Below, one piece after another: positions 61,925 to 64,000 of a DNA stretch of 64,000 nt. A program made the translations under genes and the position numbers. The first letter of the stretch is position 1; each line of letters begins with the position of its first letter. Source of the DNA: Phallusia mammillata (Eukaryota); NCBI GenBank assembly GCA_965637545.1, contig OZ281494.1, positions 7,874,001-7,938,000 on the forward strand, in the 5' to 3' direction. Below the pieces are notes generated by a model, which worked only from the letters and a program-made list of their open reading frames with translations, was not told the origin of the DNA and made no database searches.

Positions 61925-62196
61925 ACACCATACCTCACGGCAGACCCACATCTAGCTAAATTTCGATAGGTGGCGCAAAGAGCTGAATTATTTATTTAGC
62001 AGCCATGGAGGGGTAAGGTTAGAAAAAGAATTCATAAATTTAGGTTAAAACCTTTTTTTATTTAAATGAAAGTACCCAACCCAAATTCCTTAACCGTCCG
62101 CCTGTTTAGAGATGTATCGTTTTAATTTGGTGTTAGTGCTCTTAGCGCCACCTATCGAAAATTAGCTTAATGTGGAGTTGCCGTGGGCTATGGTGT
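61925..62196. mobile_element. Foldback MITE with ~59-bp imperfect TIRs
   Basis: ACACCATACCTCACGGCAG..TTTCGATAGGTGGCGCAAAGAGC is the near reverse complement of GCTCTTAGCGCCACCTATCGAAA..TGCCGTGGGCTATGGTGT. Confidence 0.8.
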
Positions 62197-62523
62197 AGAT
62201 TTTCTTACTTTCTGAGTGTAAAACATAGTACATGATATAAAAGCTGTTGCTGCCAGGCAAAATATCAACCTTATAGAGTTTTTCTGGGAAATATATTTTT
62301 GTACTAACGTTTCGACGTGCGTCGGATACAGGTCGCCTTTATCAGAGTAAAGAAAAAAGTTACTTAAAGACAAAAACACCTGTACCACGCGAAGTATTAA
62401 GGCGGGTAAAACCGTGAAAGAAGTTACAATCACAACATGTTTTGAACGACTCACACAACTCACATTGCGGAACAAACTGAAAGTGATAGATTACCGTATA
62501 GCTGTTGAACACAGGTGTTAAAC

Positions 62524-62945
62524 CAGCGGTTCTCAAACGTTTCCACTCGCGAGTTTTCGTATAGTGTTGGCGTACAACCTATATTTGGAAAATCTGTTCG
62601 GGTACTATACATCCAGAAAACAAGCTACGCTGTGAAATCTACCAACCATTCTCTATGTTCCGTCATAAACGCGTGAAATGCGAAACAAGGTATTTATGCA
62701 CAGGGAATGCCCATTGTATCATCTGAAAGTCTTCGCAAATATTATGATTTTGTCTCGCCTATTAATGAGCCTTCCGTACCACCTAAAAGAGCTTCAGGTA
62801 CACAGTTTGGGAATCACTTTGCTAGGAAAATGCGACAGTGCATACAAAAGGGGTGAATGGAATATTTTGTGAAAAAGTTCCACGCGTGCTACCTACAGGG
62901 CCTTTCACGCACCACTAGGTCCGTACCACAGGTAAAGAACCACTT
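62524..62945. mobile_element. Degenerate Charlie-like MITE related to 27256-28617
   Basis: CAGCGGTTCTCAAAC left end; right end CACCACTAGGTCCGTACCACAGGTAAAGAACCACTT resembles 28575-28617. Confidence 0.65.
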
Positions 62946-64000
62946 TACCTAACGGAAACAAACAGTAGCGTAAACCCAACAACCCATCAGCAACGTCTTA
63001 AGTGCCTTTATAAGCTTTGTGGTGTCATCCAAAAAACTCGGTGCTTAGGTTTTGTGTGGGCAAAGTAATGTACAGTCATATGAAAGCGGTTAGGCCCAGA
63101 TAATTGCCTACCTTGTTGCGAAACATTATAATTGAGAGTTTATTGTTTTGGAGCTGACCAAAAAGTCCAAGCTACAATGCTAGCTACAACAATATCATTC
63201 GAAACGCCAAAAATGTCCAAATTTACGTCAGGTGGAACTGCTAGCTTGAAACATATAATACCGAAGAATAACTTGGCTTTAAAATTGCAATCCCAGTTTA
63301 TGTGGTAACACGGTAATTGATCAAGTCTAATCACAATTCAATGGGGACAAATTGTTACGATTGCATCGTCACTCGGGTTCATCCCTCTCGCGTTAATAAT
63401 GAACTAGTGGGTTGCGCAAAACGTTCTCAGAAAAGTAAAGCCTATTGTGTCAAGAGAATTTCAACACTTTGAAATGTCGACGAGACGATGAAGTTTAAAT
63501 TCCAATTTGTGACTCACAACGACTCGAAATTCTTTTCAGGCGTGACCAAGAGTACACAAAACCGTGAAGTTTAATTATTTTCATTGGAAGCACCTTTATT
63601 TTTTTCAACATTCTCACACTCAAGCATTACACAGCAAATCTTCGCTCGTTCGACCAGTCGAGTCGTAATTAGAATGAATCAGAACAAAGATTTGGAAAGC
63701 ACCTGAGAAGTTACCTCTGACGCGTTAGACGAAAACCGGGTGAATCCCCGCGTGGTACTGCGGAAGATTTGATCAGTAAGCCTGCTGCGGCACTAGCCAG
63801 TTAGGAGAGAAAGCTTGTAGTGTTAGGACTGTACTTTGCAGCTAATCAACTGTGTATAATACCTACACCACAAGAAGTCTACAGCTGGATTTGGAAATAA
63901 TCTACAAAGGTAAGCACTGTTTAAACGTTTTATTTAAAATAAGTTGTGAACCTATTGAGCACGCTTGTTTTCAGTATTTCATTAGCAACAAGCCTATTAA

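Noticed and set aside
63185-63245. RHIM-like YNNIIRNAKNVQIY
   Set aside because: Lacks the required Gly of the (I/V)Q(I/V)G core, hits a stop within a few codons and has no clear exon context.
63700-63915. Strong donor AAAG|GTAAGC at ~63908 as the start of a ninth paralog
   Set aside because: No signal-peptide frame upstream; at most a non-coding exon, and downstream sequence is outside the window.

Overview
AT-rich, intron-dense eukaryotic (metazoan) DNA. The short GT-AG introns and hAT/Charlie-type MITEs would fit an ascidian or other marine invertebrate, but the taxon cannot be proven from this window. Splicing by hand gives a tandem array of eight same-strand (+) paralogous type I membrane receptor genes, here g1-g8 (2357-61536). 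Each has a signal-peptide exon ending in phase 0, a TM exon (phase 1-0), a low-complexity cytoplasmic linker, and a divergent death-domain-like C-terminus split over two exons; the first of these is 132 nt in six of eight genes. Six genes carry a compact 8-Cys TNF-receptor-like ectodomain (about 1.5 CRDs, with CCxC instead of CCxxC). Two (g2, g5) have no CRD and appear to belong to different death-domain subgroups. g7 has a ~600-aa cytoplasmic tandem-repeat exon that multiplies an acidic dileucine motif. All eight models splice in frame to a stop, so the array looks intact and fast-diverging. Non-coding DNA holds many hAT MITEs (seven with perfect 8-bp TSDs, some nested), a 5'-truncated L1/Tx1-like LINE with a 15-bp TSD just upstream of g7, a SINE-like element, a Helentron/HINE-like element and several tandem repeats. 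No database search or structure prediction was run; family calls rest on motif recognition and exon-phase consistency.
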